Assembly (NCBI GenBank): GCA_964577535.1
Contig: CAZNZO010000006.1
Span: 24,550-88,549 of the forward strand
Direction: 5' to 3'
DNA: 64,000 nucleotides
Source: an uncultured Oscillospiraceae bacterium
Lineage (GTDB): Bacteria > Bacillota > Clostridia > Christensenellales > CAG-314
Position numbers and translations under genes: made by a program. Shown piece after piece: positions 17,638 to 26,605 of the stretch (positions are counted from its first letter, which is position 1; each line of letters starts with the position of its first letter). Under the pieces are notes generated by a model. That model ran no database searches. It was not told the origin of the DNA and was given only the letters and a program-made list of their open reading frames with translations.

Positions 17638-18531
17638 CTAGATTTTTTCTAACAATTTTGCAACGCTATCGTCTTCGAACAAGGGCAAATAATCCACAAC
17701 GGCCGACGAAGCGTCTTGCATAAAACCGTTTTTTAGGCCTACGTTGTGGAAATATTGCAACACGTTTTCGTATTCGTGCGCATAAAGCCGCCTGTTAAGT
17801 TGCAACACAACGGCATCCTGCCGCGCAGGGAAATATTGCGACATAAGGCTTACAAATGTTTCTTTGCCAAAGTTTGCAATCCAATCCAAAATACGTTTGC
17901 TATCTTCCGTGAAGGATGGCAACGCCAAATGCCTTATAAGCAAGCCTTTTTGCATGTAGCCTTCTTTATCGAACAGGTCGACAGGCTGTTGCCTGCGCAT
18001 TTCGCAAATGGCCGCAGTTGCAACCGAAAAATAGTCTGCCGCACCGCACAACAGTGACGAAACTGCGCTGTCGCAAAACTTCAGGTCAGGCAAATATACG
18101 TCCACCAAACCATCCAACTGTTGCAACGCACTAACCTTTTCGTAGCTGCTTGTGTTATACACCACAGGTATTTGCAGGCGAGGCTTTGCAATGCTTAGCG
18201 CTTGCGCCACTTGAGGCACAACGTGCGATGCCGTCACCAAATTTACGTTGGCAACACCCTGATCTTGCAAATACAAAAAGACGTCGGCAAGTTTTTGTGG
18301 CGTGACGGAAATGCCGTGCGGCGCAACGGAAATATCGTAGTTTTGGCAAAACCGACATTTCAAATTGCAACCGGCAAAAAACACCGTGCCACTGCCCTTT
18401 GTGCCAGATATGCAAGGTTCTTCCCAATCGTGCCTGCCAACGCGCGAAAGCACAACGCCATCGGTTCCGCAAAAACCAAGGCGCAAATTTCTTTCGATGT
18501 TGCAATTTCGGGGGCAAAGGGTGCATTTCAT
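17638..18531 (-). CDS. radical SAM protein, PflX-like (PFL-activase homolog)
   Basis: Start at MKCTLCPRNCNIERN. Radical SAM motif CNLKCRFCQN. Confidence 0.75.
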   Translation of the reverse strand: MKCTLCPRNCNIERNLRLGFCGTDGVVLSRVGRHDWEEPCISGTKGSGTVFFAGCNLKCRFCQNYDISVAPHGISVTPQKLADVFLYLQDQGVANVNLVTASHVVPQVAQALSIAKPRLQIPVVYNTSSYEKVSALQQLDGLVDVYLPDLKFCDSAVSSLLCGAADYFSVATAAICEMRRQQPVDLFDKEGYMQKGLLIRHLALPSFTEDSKRILDWIANFGKETFVSLMSQYFPARQDAVVLQLNRRLYAHEYENVLQYFHNVGLKNGFMQDASSAVVDYLPLFEDDSVAKLLEKI

Positions 18532-18537
18532 GGTGCT

Positions 18538-18566
18538 ATTATAGTTCAGCCCCAAAAATTTTGCAA
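18538..18566 (-). promoter_or_regulatory. sigma-A type promoter placed for a leaderless transcript
   Basis: TTGCAA (18566..18561), 17-nt spacer, TATAAT (18543..18538), then AGCACC, then ATG 18531. Confidence 0.55.
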
Positions 18567-18674
18567 GCGCAAACGCCCTTGCAAACAAAAACGGACTGCA
18601 ATTTAGTACAAAAAGGCACAAGCCGTACAGCCTAGAAGCGTTTTTGCGCAAGTATGATATTTGCAGGAGAGGTT

Positions 18675-19352
18675 ATGTTTGCACTACTTGAACTATTGAA
18701 ACGTGCGCTGTTTTTCACAGGATATTTCAGCAACGGCAGCTACCCAAAGCCACTTTCGGCGGAAGAAGAGGAAAAGTGCATTGCCGATATGCGCCGTGGA
18801 AGCAACGCCGCGCGAGAAAAGTTGATAACTCACAACATGCGACTGGTGGCTCACGTTGCAAAAAAATATGGCAAAAACGATTTGGACGACCTTATTTCCA
18901 TTGGATCCATAGGGCTGATAAACGGTGTGGAAAGTTTTTCGCCGGAAAAGGGCACCACCCTTGCCACCTACTTGGCGCGTTGCATAGAAAATGAAATTTT
19001 GATGACACTTAGAGCCAACAAAAAGCATCAAAACACCGTCTATTTGAACAACGCTTTGGGCGTGGATAGCGACGGCAACGAATACACGCTGTTTGACGTT
19101 TTGGCAGTGAAAGAAGAAAGCGTTTTTCACAAGGCGGAAATTGCCATTTTGCGAGAAACGTTGCTAAAAACAATAAGGCGCTATCTTACGGACAGGGAAC
19201 AAAAAATAATTTTGATGCGCTATGGCATTGAAGAAAATTGCGTGCCCATGACACAGCTGGAAACAGCGCAAAAACTGGGCATTAGCCGCAGTTATGTTTC
19301 ACGCATAGAAACACGAGCGCTTGGCAAACTTAAACAGCACCTTGCCGACTGA
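18675..19352 (+). CDS. sigK: sporulation sigma factor SigK (pro-sigma-K), uninterrupted
   Basis: FFTGYFSNGSYPKPLS, HNMRLVAHVAKKY, GTTLATYLARCIENEILMTLRANKK and GISRSYVSRIETRAL match B. subtilis SigK closely. ATG 18675 follows AGGAGAGG, whereas the track start at 18654 has no SD. Confidence 0.8.
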   Translation: MFALLELLKRALFFTGYFSNGSYPKPLSAEEEEKCIADMRRGSNAAREKLITHNMRLVAHVAKKYGKNDLDDLISIGSIGLINGVESFSPEKGTTLATYLARCIENEILMTLRANKKHQNTVYLNNALGVDSDGNEYTLFDVLAVKEESVFHKAEIAILRETLLKTIRRYLTDREQKIILMRYGIEENCVPMTQLETAQKLGISRSYVSRIETRALGKLKQHLAD

Positions 19353-19469
19353 CCGCAGTTGCAAACAAAAAGCGACAACGCCGGCGTTTTGCAATCGGCC
19401 GCACCACTAAACGTGTTTTGCGTTTGCTTTTTCTTGCGGAAATGCTTCGAAAAAAATGTTCACAAACAA

Positions 19470-19502
19470 AACAGGCGCCTCAAAAACTTTGAGACGCCTG
19501 TT
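19470..19502. terminator. bidirectional terminator between sigK and the transporter gene
   Basis: AACAGGCGCCTCAAA-AAC-TTTGAGACGCCTGTT, one mismatch. Confidence 0.65.
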
Positions 19503-19557
19503 GAACGTTTTTGATAAAAATTTTTGCAACAATAGCCTGTTGCAGTGCAGCCAACTT

Positions 19558-21099
19558 TTACACGCCGATTGCAATGGCAAGGAACAAAAATCCCAAAGAA
19601 AGAGCCATTAGCAACAGTTGGAACAAAATTGTGCGTTTGAACCAAGTGCCCAAACTTTGATCGGCAAGGCCAAGACCTATAAGCAGCGTTCCGCATGTGG
19701 GGAACAGCACGTTTGTGTAGCCATCGGCAAACAAATAGGTTAGCAAAATTACGTTTATGCTAAGGCCTTCGATAGGCGCAAGTGTGAGCATTGGGATGAT
19801 AAGCACGGCTTTTGCGGATGCGCTGGGAATGAAAAATTCCAAAACCAAAATGAACGCATAAAGCACCAAAACTGCAACGTAGGGGCTGGAACCGGTGACA
19901 ATTCCGTAGAAAAAGTGGAAAATGGTATCCAAAATTTCCCCTTTCTTTGCAATGTAGGGCACGGCAAAAGCAATGATGATGATTAGTAGCGACGGAGCAA
20001 TATCCTTTGCACCTTCCAAAAACGCTTTGCCCATTGGTTTGAAACCGCCAAGCAAAATGCGACCGACAATAACGGTACCCACAATAAATGCAACGCCCAT
20101 TATTATCATGCTGGAACTGCGCAAAGCAGGAACGCACACGGCGACTATCACGCCCAGCAAAGCAATGCCGAACAGCAAACAAACAAGCAATGCTTTTTTG
20201 CCGTCTTCACGCTTTTGAACAGGATCTTCCACAATAAATTTGGAAATATCCGGCGCTTCGGTGGCAAGTTTTTCGTCGTGACGGCACAGATACGTCATGT
20301 ATAGCGAGGTTACAACAAACATCACGCCAAAAATGATAAGGCGATACCACATACCGTCGGTTATCAAAACACCTGCGTTTTGCGATGCAAGGCCAATGGT
20401 TAGCGGGTTGGTTATGGCCGTTGTGAAACCCACGCCGGAAGTCATCAAAATGAAGCTGATGGCGGTGAACTTGGACCAATTCATTGCGGCGCACAACATT
20501 GCCAAAAGCGGATACAAAATTAGCAGTTGCTCTTGCAAACCGAACACTGCGGAAAGTATCATCACCATAAATGTGATTGCCCACACCGCAACAAAACGGT
20601 TTTTATACAACTTGCTTATCACAAGACGAACCAGCGATTCCAAACCACCGCTTTTTTCCAACACTTTGAATGTGCCGCCCAGCACCAACAACAATGCCAA
20701 AATGGAAATTTCGTTGACGTTGATGGATGCAGGGAAGGTTTTTTCCGTGTTGCCCCAAATAAGCGATTCGAAGGGCGCAGTTATCCAACGCCACACCGGC
20801 AAACGGGTGCTACTGCCGCTTTCTAGCTGAACGTAGCTATCGGGCACAACTTGCCCATTTTTGCTTTGGTCGTCGGTATATTCGATAAACGTTTGGTCGT
20901 TTCGAGTGCCAACAAGCGTTTGGTCTTGGGTGTATTCGTAGCGGTAGTATTTGCCGGCCGGGATGACAAACGTAAGCACGCCGGCAGCAATAACCACTGC
21001 AAGCAAAATGCACACCATCAAAATGAAACTTTTTACGCCTATTTGTACCTTTGTTTTGCCGTCGTTTGACGCATCGTTAGGCTTTATGGTTGTGGTCAT
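19558..21099 (-). CDS. YfcC-family (DcuC/ArcD-like) membrane transporter
   Basis: 513 aa, polytopic. The N-terminal pattern KSFILMVCILLAVVIAAGVLTFVIPAGKY is typical of YfcC proteins. Confidence 0.6.
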   Translation of the reverse strand: MTTTIKPNDASNDGKTKVQIGVKSFILMVCILLAVVIAAGVLTFVIPAGKYYRYEYTQDQTLVGTRNDQTFIEYTDDQSKNGQVVPDSYVQLESGSSTRLPVWRWITAPFESLIWGNTEKTFPASINVNEISILALLLVLGGTFKVLEKSGGLESLVRLVISKLYKNRFVAVWAITFMVMILSAVFGLQEQLLILYPLLAMLCAAMNWSKFTAISFILMTSGVGFTTAITNPLTIGLASQNAGVLITDGMWYRLIIFGVMFVVTSLYMTYLCRHDEKLATEAPDISKFIVEDPVQKREDGKKALLVCLLFGIALLGVIVAVCVPALRSSSMIIMGVAFIVGTVIVGRILLGGFKPMGKAFLEGAKDIAPSLLIIIIAFAVPYIAKKGEILDTIFHFFYGIVTGSSPYVAVLVLYAFILVLEFFIPSASAKAVLIIPMLTLAPIEGLSINVILLTYLFADGYTNVLFPTCGTLLIGLGLADQSLGTWFKRTILFQLLLMALSLGFLFLAIAIGV

Positions 21100-21104
21100 C
21101 GAAT

Positions 21105-22403
21105 TTACCCCTCTTTTGCATAGTCAAAAACGTCGCTGGCAACGGAATTCCATTTTTCATCCGTCAAATTGTGCAATTCTTCACTGGCAAGCATCCACTC
21201 TATCATTTGGTTGGTGGGGCCATCCAAAACAAGGTTGTAGTAGTCTTCGTTGCAGTAGAATTCCAAAAACTTGCCCGTTGCCATTGTTAGCGAATACAAA
21301 CCCTTTATGTCAAAAAACATTTTGTCTTGGCCGCTTGTTACCGTTAGGCCGGTTTTATCCAACACAACGTCTCCTTCGATAAGCGTGATGCGGTTTTTGG
21401 GATATTTCTTCCAACCGTCGGTGCGCAGTTGAGTAATTTTGCCACGTCCGCTTAGTTGGAAATTTTCTTTGGAAACTTCGTTGCGAACAAAGTTGCGTTC
21501 CCACTTTACCCATTGATCAATATCTTCGAAATAGCGTTTGCCGTTTAGTTGAACAATATCATAGTATTCGTTGACGTTGATGGCATAGCCGCACTGCTGG
21601 CATTGCAACTTTTCGCTGCCCTTCTTGCCCAAATGCACTTTTAGCGTGTGAACGCCGTGACACTCGGGACAAACAAACAAAATGTTGTCGATACCAACAA
21701 CGTTTGGGTGCTTGCCAACATATTTGGTGCGATTTGTTTTTTGCGCCTGAAAATCGTTATAGACAAAGTTTTTAAGAAGAACGCTATAAATTTGTTCTTC
21801 CGTCATTTCTTTTAGTTGTTCTGGGGTGAACAAAATTTTGTAGTTGACAACAATTTTGCCACGCTTTATTTCACGTATGTAGCGCGGATTTGTTAGGTAC
21901 GAACCTGTGGACGTTGCCAAAACAACGGTTACGCCGGCGCGCTTGATAAATTTGCAAGTGGCAGGGTTTATGGGATGAGTGCTGCCGGAAAGAGATTGGA
22001 TGCCTTCCGGGAAAAGCGCCAAACTTCTGCCCGATTTTAGCACACGCAACATGCGGCGCGTGCAATAGGTATCCGGCTGATACAAAAACTTGGGGATGGC
22101 ATTCATTGCCGACATGCCAAAATAGTTGGTTCTGCTAGTGAAAAAGTTTTGGTAGCCGGCCACAATGTGAATATCGGCACGGCCAAGCCCATGCAAAGTG
22201 TAGAAAAAATCGTTGCGAGAAGCATGGGTGGAAAGAAACAAAATTTGTTTGTGTTTTATGCTTTTTTTGTCGTATTCGTAGGTGTATTTTACCTTGTGCT
22301 TGCGACATTTACTGCCAAGCCAACAGTGAAAAAACATGCGTGTACCCAAAGACTGTCGTTTGACTGAACAATTGAGTAGTTTTTCTTTGTAGTCTTTTTT
22401 CAT
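21105..22403 (-). CDS. lysophospholipid (PlsC-type) acyltransferase family protein
   Basis: 432 aa. HASRND (HX4D) and FPEG blocks, plus an internal zinc ribbon CPECHG..CQQCG. Confidence 0.6.
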   Translation of the reverse strand: MKKDYKEKLLNCSVKRQSLGTRMFFHCWLGSKCRKHKVKYTYEYDKKSIKHKQILFLSTHASRNDFFYTLHGLGRADIHIVAGYQNFFTSRTNYFGMSAMNAIPKFLYQPDTYCTRRMLRVLKSGRSLALFPEGIQSLSGSTHPINPATCKFIKRAGVTVVLATSTGSYLTNPRYIREIKRGKIVVNYKILFTPEQLKEMTEEQIYSVLLKNFVYNDFQAQKTNRTKYVGKHPNVVGIDNILFVCPECHGVHTLKVHLGKKGSEKLQCQQCGYAINVNEYYDIVQLNGKRYFEDIDQWVKWERNFVRNEVSKENFQLSGRGKITQLRTDGWKKYPKNRITLIEGDVVLDKTGLTVTSGQDKMFFDIKGLYSLTMATGKFLEFYCNEDYYNLVLDGPTNQMIEWMLASEELHNLTDEKWNSVASDVFDYAKEG

Positions 22404-22457
22404 ATAAACCCCGTTTGTATTTACAGCTAAAAACCCTTAACTTTTGTTTACTTTTAC

Positions 22458-22487
22458 AGTATACCCCAAAAAATAAAGTATTGTCAA
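22458..22487 (-). promoter_or_regulatory. sigma-A type promoter
   Basis: TTGACA (22487..22482), 18-nt spacer, TATACT (22463..22458). Confidence 0.55.
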
Positions 22488-22753
22488 TACTAAATAATCA
22501 TTTTGACGACACTTTTCGACAAACGAACGGCTGTTTTTGGGAAAAAAGTTGCCAAAAACAAAAGGCAAAAGTCGACGGCGGCGAAAAAGCCGCCACCACT
22601 TCAACCGCAAACGGAAAAGCAACTTTTTGTTGCACGAAAACTGAACACCGTTCGCTTTTTTTATGCAACCAAAGTCTGCAAATCGGCAAACAAAAAAAGC
22701 TTGCAGTGCCTTGTGGCAACAGCAAGCAAAAAACTTCTTAAAATTGTTTTGGG

Positions 22754-22785
22754 CAAAAAAATGCCTCGGCACTAGGGCCGAGGCA
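22754..22785 (-). terminator. rho-independent terminator
   Basis: Minus strand TGCCTCGGC-CCTAGT-GCCGAGGCA followed by TTTTTTT. Confidence 0.8.
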
Positions 22786-22795
22786 AAACGTTTTG

Positions 22796-23035
22796 TTACA
22801 TAAGGATAGGTCTGATGTTGAACAAAGTGCAGATGATATCCAAAACCCAACCAATGCCCAATCCGTAGAAAATCCACAAAAATCCGACAAGAGCTTTCAA
22901 AACGTTCTTTTGAGCGATACCGTCAATAAAACGAACGATACCAAAAACAACGTCCAAAAAGATTGCAAGCAAAACGCGAACGATCCAAGGCAAACTCAAC
23001 AAAGAGGAAGCCAAACCTTTACTTTTCTTAGCCAT
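22796..23035 (-). CDS. small membrane protein (79 aa)
   Basis: GGAGG SD, TATAAT promoter upstream, two or three hydrophobic helices. No family recognised. Confidence 0.55.
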   Translation of the reverse strand: MAKKSKGLASSLLSLPWIVRVLLAIFLDVVFGIVRFIDGIAQKNVLKALVGFLWIFYGLGIGWVLDIICTLFNIRPILM

Positions 23036-23142
23036 ACAAAAAAACCTCCGTTTGTGATACCTATATTATACTACCTATTGCGCCAAAATGCAATGCAATT
23101 TTTCAAATTTTGCATCAAACGCAAAATATTTTTTTGACGCGG

Positions 23143-23628
23143 CTAGTCGTCCACCAAAATTGTTTGCTTGCCAATGCTTTGCAAGAATTTTAGGAAATCT
23201 TGCGTGGGCATGATGACAGTTGCAGTGTTGTCGCAAGGATGAAATTTCACACTGGGGAAGGTTAGAATTTGCCTATCCAACAGCAACGGACAGGGCTTTT
23301 GAGGATTTTCGTTCAAAAAGGCAAAGGGCGAAACGCTTCCGCGGTGCACGCCCAAATCGGCAAACAACTTTTCCTCTGTGGCAAATTCGAATTTGGCACA
23401 ACCAACGTAGGAAGCCAGCTTTCGCATTTCCGCACACTTATCGAAGGGCAACACCACCAAATAGAAATTGTCGCTCTTTTTGTCCTTTACGTAAAGGCTT
23501 TTGCACGAGGCGCAATTTTCCACGTGAATGATTTGCCGCGATTCTTCCGTGGTTACCACTGCCGGGTGCCGAATTAGCCGATAACTTGCCCCAATTTGTT
23601 GCAAATAGTTTGTTACTTTTTGTATCAT
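23143..23628 (-). CDS. YbaK/ProX-type aminoacyl-tRNA deacylase
   Basis: Start at MIQKVTNYLQQ. GVHRGSVSPFAF motif. About 160 aa. Confidence 0.6.
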   Translation of the reverse strand: MIQKVTNYLQQIGASYRLIRHPAVVTTEESRQIIHVENCASCKSLYVKDKKSDNFYLVVLPFDKCAEMRKLASYVGCAKFEFATEEKLFADLGVHRGSVSPFAFLNENPQKPCPLLLDRQILTFPSVKFHPCDNTATVIMPTQDFLKFLQSIGKQTILVDD

Positions 23629-23634
23629 AGCCAA

Positions 23635-23663
23635 ATTATACGCCAAAAGGGCAAGTACGTCAA
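23635..23663 (-). promoter_or_regulatory. sigma-A type promoter placed for a leaderless transcript
   Basis: TTGACG (23663..23658), 17-nt spacer, TATAAT (23640..23635), then TTGGCT, then ATG 23628. Confidence 0.55.
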
Positions 23664-23885
23664 CAGCACGAGTAAAAGGAAATTTTGCAAACAAAATTTT
23701 GACGGTTTGGGGCGTGGCAAGCGTGAGATTGCGTAAAGCGTTTTGCCGCCGAGCGCACTGCGTGTGCCGCGAGCACTAATTCAAAGGCAACATGCTGTGT
23801 TAAGCGCTTGCCAAAACCAATCAAACTGCGCCAAAAACGCCAAACGGTGGCTGTTTTTTGTTACTTCAACTTTTTGTGCGCACCG

Positions 23886-24572
23886 TTATGCCGAATACAA
23901 AAACAGCATCACGCCATCAAAAATTTTGGAACACAATTCTTCGCGGTAGCTTTCTGTTTGCAATTTTTCCGCTTCCTGTGCATTGCTCAAAAAGCCACAC
24001 TCCACTATCACTGCTGCGCACGGGCTTTCACGACAAATAAAAAAATCTCCGCCAATGGCCTGATGATTGTTGCCAGTGAAACGATTGAACACGTTTTGCA
24101 AACTTTCCGCAAGGGCACGGCCTTGATCATTTTCGCTTTGAAAAAACACCTGCGGACCACTGCGCCAACTTTGCGAAAACTTGTTCATGTGCAGGCTTAT
24201 GACAAAATCGGCGTTGGCGGCGGCAATAATTTCCTTGCGCTTTTGCATATCGCGCATTTTGAAACCGTTTGTGGCCAAGCCGTACAACCCCTCCTTCGTT
24301 TTGCGAGTTTGCACCACCTTGAAGCCGGCACGCTCAAAATATTTTTGCAAAGTTTTTGCATATTGCAAGTTTAAGTCCGATTCCTTTACGCCGCTGGGCG
24401 ATTGCACGCCGCCATCCACACCGCCGTGCCCGGCATCGATAACAACGGTAACGTCCACCAAAGAAGTGGGCTCGAACAAATCGGCACACAGCACCGCCGT
24501 CAAAGCAAATTGCAACGCAATCATCACTAGCAGCGCCAATGAAACACTGCGCCTTTTAATAACCACAAACAC
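23886..24572 (-). CDS. cwlD: N-acetylmuramoyl-L-alanine amidase, CwlD-like (germination-specific)
   Basis: 228 aa. N-terminal TM helix, VVIDAGHGGVDGG, Amidase_3 layout. GTG start with GGAGG 8 nt upstream. Confidence 0.75.
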   Translation of the reverse strand: MFVVIKRRSVSLALLVMIALQFALTAVLCADLFEPTSLVDVTVVIDAGHGGVDGGVQSPSGVKESDLNLQYAKTLQKYFERAGFKVVQTRKTKEGLYGLATNGFKMRDMQKRKEIIAAANADFVISLHMNKFSQSWRSGPQVFFQSENDQGRALAESLQNVFNRFTGNNHQAIGGDFFICRESPCAAVIVECGFLSNAQEAEKLQTESYREELCSKIFDGVMLFLYSA

Positions 24573-24667
24573 ACTGCGCCTCCGTCAAAAAGTAAAATCG
24601 CAATCCTAACATTGTTATAACATAAATATATCATTTTAAGCAAAATTCGACAAAAATGGCGTGAAAA

Positions 24668-24728
24668 AGTGGATAGTTATGCACTTATCCACCAAGTTAT
24701 CCACATTTTTCCACAGCAAGGTGGATAA
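24668..24728. promoter_or_regulatory. DnaA-box cluster (4 strong and 2 weak boxes in 61 bp)
   Basis: TTATCCACC (24685..24693), TTATCCACA (24697..24705, perfect), TTTTCCACA (24707..24715), and inverted GGTGGATAA (24720..24728). Weaker: AGTGGATAG (24668..24676) and TTATGCACT (24677..24685). Confidence 0.75.
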
Positions 24729-24982
24729 CCTGTTTCACGAAGGTCATGAAACAGCACCGCCGCAGAAGCCACTTGGAAGAAACGTTCTAAAACGCATCCG
24801 AATAGTACATTTAACCTCCGAATTTGCTATTGACAACATGTTTTGCCACCACCAAAAACAAACTATTTCACAAATAGTAAGGGCGACTATTTCATAAATA
24901 GGTTGCCTGTTTTGCCCAAAAAAGAATAGTTTTTGCAAAGGTGGAAACAATCTACACAACAATATACAAGGAGAAACAAAAA

Positions 24983-26224
24983 ATGAGTATCAATCCTTTT
25001 GTCGAAAAACCGCTTAAAAGAGCATACGACTTCTACGACTGGAAAAAGATGTCTCTGCCCACCTACAACAAATTTGACGTGGATCCCTACACCCGAGTTA
25101 GGGTAATTTTGGCCAACGGCGCCGAATTTGAGGCCGTGTGGTTTTCGCACCAATTTCACCGCCACGAGACGGATAACGACTTGCGCCGCGAACTTGCCCT
25201 GTTGCGACGCAAGGAACAGCAACAACAAAAACGCATTGCATCCCTAAAACCCATTGGCGAAGGCATTTTGGAACACACCATCGGCTACGAGCAACTGGCG
25301 GTGGACCTGACGGCCATTTTTGCCCAGCGCGAAAGTGACAAGTACGTTAAGCAGGCAATGGATTTTGCCTTGCTAGAAGACTTCGACCACCTGTACCGCT
25401 ATGCCGACTTGCTAGAAATGGATAAGGGCATAATTGCCGAAAAGCTTGTGGGCGGCTACACCGAGCTTATGCCGGGGCGGCCGACAATTTCCGAACACCG
25501 CTACCCCACCGATGAAGTTAAGCGCTACACAAACTTCAAAAAGGCATCGTCACTAACCAAACTGGATATCAACATCCTAACGGCCGCAGAACAACAAACC
25601 ATGAACTACTACATGAACCAAGCAGTTTTTTACCAAAACAAATTGGGACGACAGTTGTTTACGGAAATTGGCATGATAGAAGAGCAACACGTGACGTTAT
25701 ACGGCGGTTTGAAAGACACCACTTGCACTTGGCTGGAAGAACTGCTTATGCACGAATACACCGAATGTTATTTGTATTATTCATTGTGGCAAGACGAAAC
25801 GGATGCCCGCATAAAAAAGGTGTGGGAAGAACACTTCAACGACGAGCTGGCCCACTTGCACAAAGCAGCCGAACTGCTGCAAAAACACGAAAACAAAGTT
25901 TGGCAACAGGTTATTCCACAAGGACAATTCCCCGAACTGTTGCAATTCCATTCCAACGTGAAATACGTGCGTGAAGTGCTGGCAAACACAGTGAATTTGA
26001 CGGCGCAAGGGGAAGGATACGACCACGTGGAAAATCTGCCGCAAGACGCAAATTTTTTTGAATATCAACGCCAAGTGAACAAAAAGGATAGCGACGTTGC
26101 CAGCCACAACGTCATTAAAAAATTTATTGCCGATAACGGCAAAGACTACCGCTATCAAACGGCGGAACACCCCGTCGAAGAACTGCGCGACCGCACAAAA
26201 GACAACGTTTCGGTGGGACGATGA
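24983..26224 (+). CDS. ferritin-like (ExxH-repeat) protein of unknown function
   Basis: Start at MSINPFV (AGGAGA SD). Helical protein with DFDH, EEQH and ELAH motifs spaced like a di-iron four-helix bundle. No specific family recognised. Confidence 0.45.
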   Translation: MSINPFVEKPLKRAYDFYDWKKMSLPTYNKFDVDPYTRVRVILANGAEFEAVWFSHQFHRHETDNDLRRELALLRRKEQQQQKRIASLKPIGEGILEHTIGYEQLAVDLTAIFAQRESDKYVKQAMDFALLEDFDHLYRYADLLEMDKGIIAEKLVGGYTELMPGRPTISEHRYPTDEVKRYTNFKKASSLTKLDINILTAAEQQTMNYYMNQAVFYQNKLGRQLFTEIGMIEEQHVTLYGGLKDTTCTWLEELLMHEYTECYLYYSLWQDETDARIKKVWEEHFNDELAHLHKAAELLQKHENKVWQQVIPQGQFPELLQFHSNVKYVREVLANTVNLTAQGEGYDHVENLPQDANFFEYQRQVNKKDSDVASHNVIKKFIADNGKDYRYQTAEHPVEELRDRTKDNVSVGR

Positions 26225-26352
26225 ATGAGCACAATTTTCAGGACGAAATTTTTAGCGACGTAAAAAATTTGCGGGCACCAAAAATCATCCCCGGACAAAA
26301 CCTGCCGCTGGATGCCGCACTGTTCTATCCTTTTGGATTTCCGCCACTGTGA
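26221..26352 (+). CDS. 43-codon ORF translationally coupled to the ferritin-like gene (tentative)
   Basis: ATGA overlap with the upstream stop, with GGTGG just upstream. Peptide MNEHNFQDEIFSDVKNLRAPKIIPGQNLPLDAALFYPFGFPPL. Below the ORF-track length cut-off. Confidence 0.3.
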   Translation: MNEHNFQDEIFSDVKNLRAPKIIPGQNLPLDAALFYPFGFPPL

Positions 26353-26552
26353 ACGGCACAAAATCAAACGTCTATTAGAAATAGCAAAGCCCTCAAAAAA
26401 AACATGGCAAAACAGAAATTGCAAAAACAATTTGCAACAATTGGATAGAAAAAACATAATTCCGCAAAAAGCACAATTCAACCCAAAAGAAGTCAAAATA
26501 TCCATTGATGCACAAAAAGCGCAAAAATCAATTGCAAAAAACGCAAAGCATC

Positions 26553-26584
26553 AAAAAAGGCTTGCTAAGTTGGCAAGCCTTTTT
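26553..26584. terminator. bidirectional terminator
   Basis: AAAAAAGGCTTGC-TAAGTTG-GCAAGCCTTTTT, between convergent units. Confidence 0.8.
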
Positions 26585-26605
26585 GTGCACTAAAAATAAA
26601 ACAAA

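Noticed and set aside
24600-24760. Chromosomal replication origin (oriC) at the DnaA-box cluster
   Set aside because: No dnaA or dnaN is nearby. Gene orientation stays overwhelmingly on the minus strand on both sides, whereas an origin should flip the bias. I saw no DnaA-trio-like element. I treat it as a secondary DnaA-box cluster pending GC-skew analysis.
24661-24897. 78-aa ORF starting at GTG 24661
   Set aside because: It is made of the DnaA boxes themselves, and it has neither an SD nor a recognisable family.
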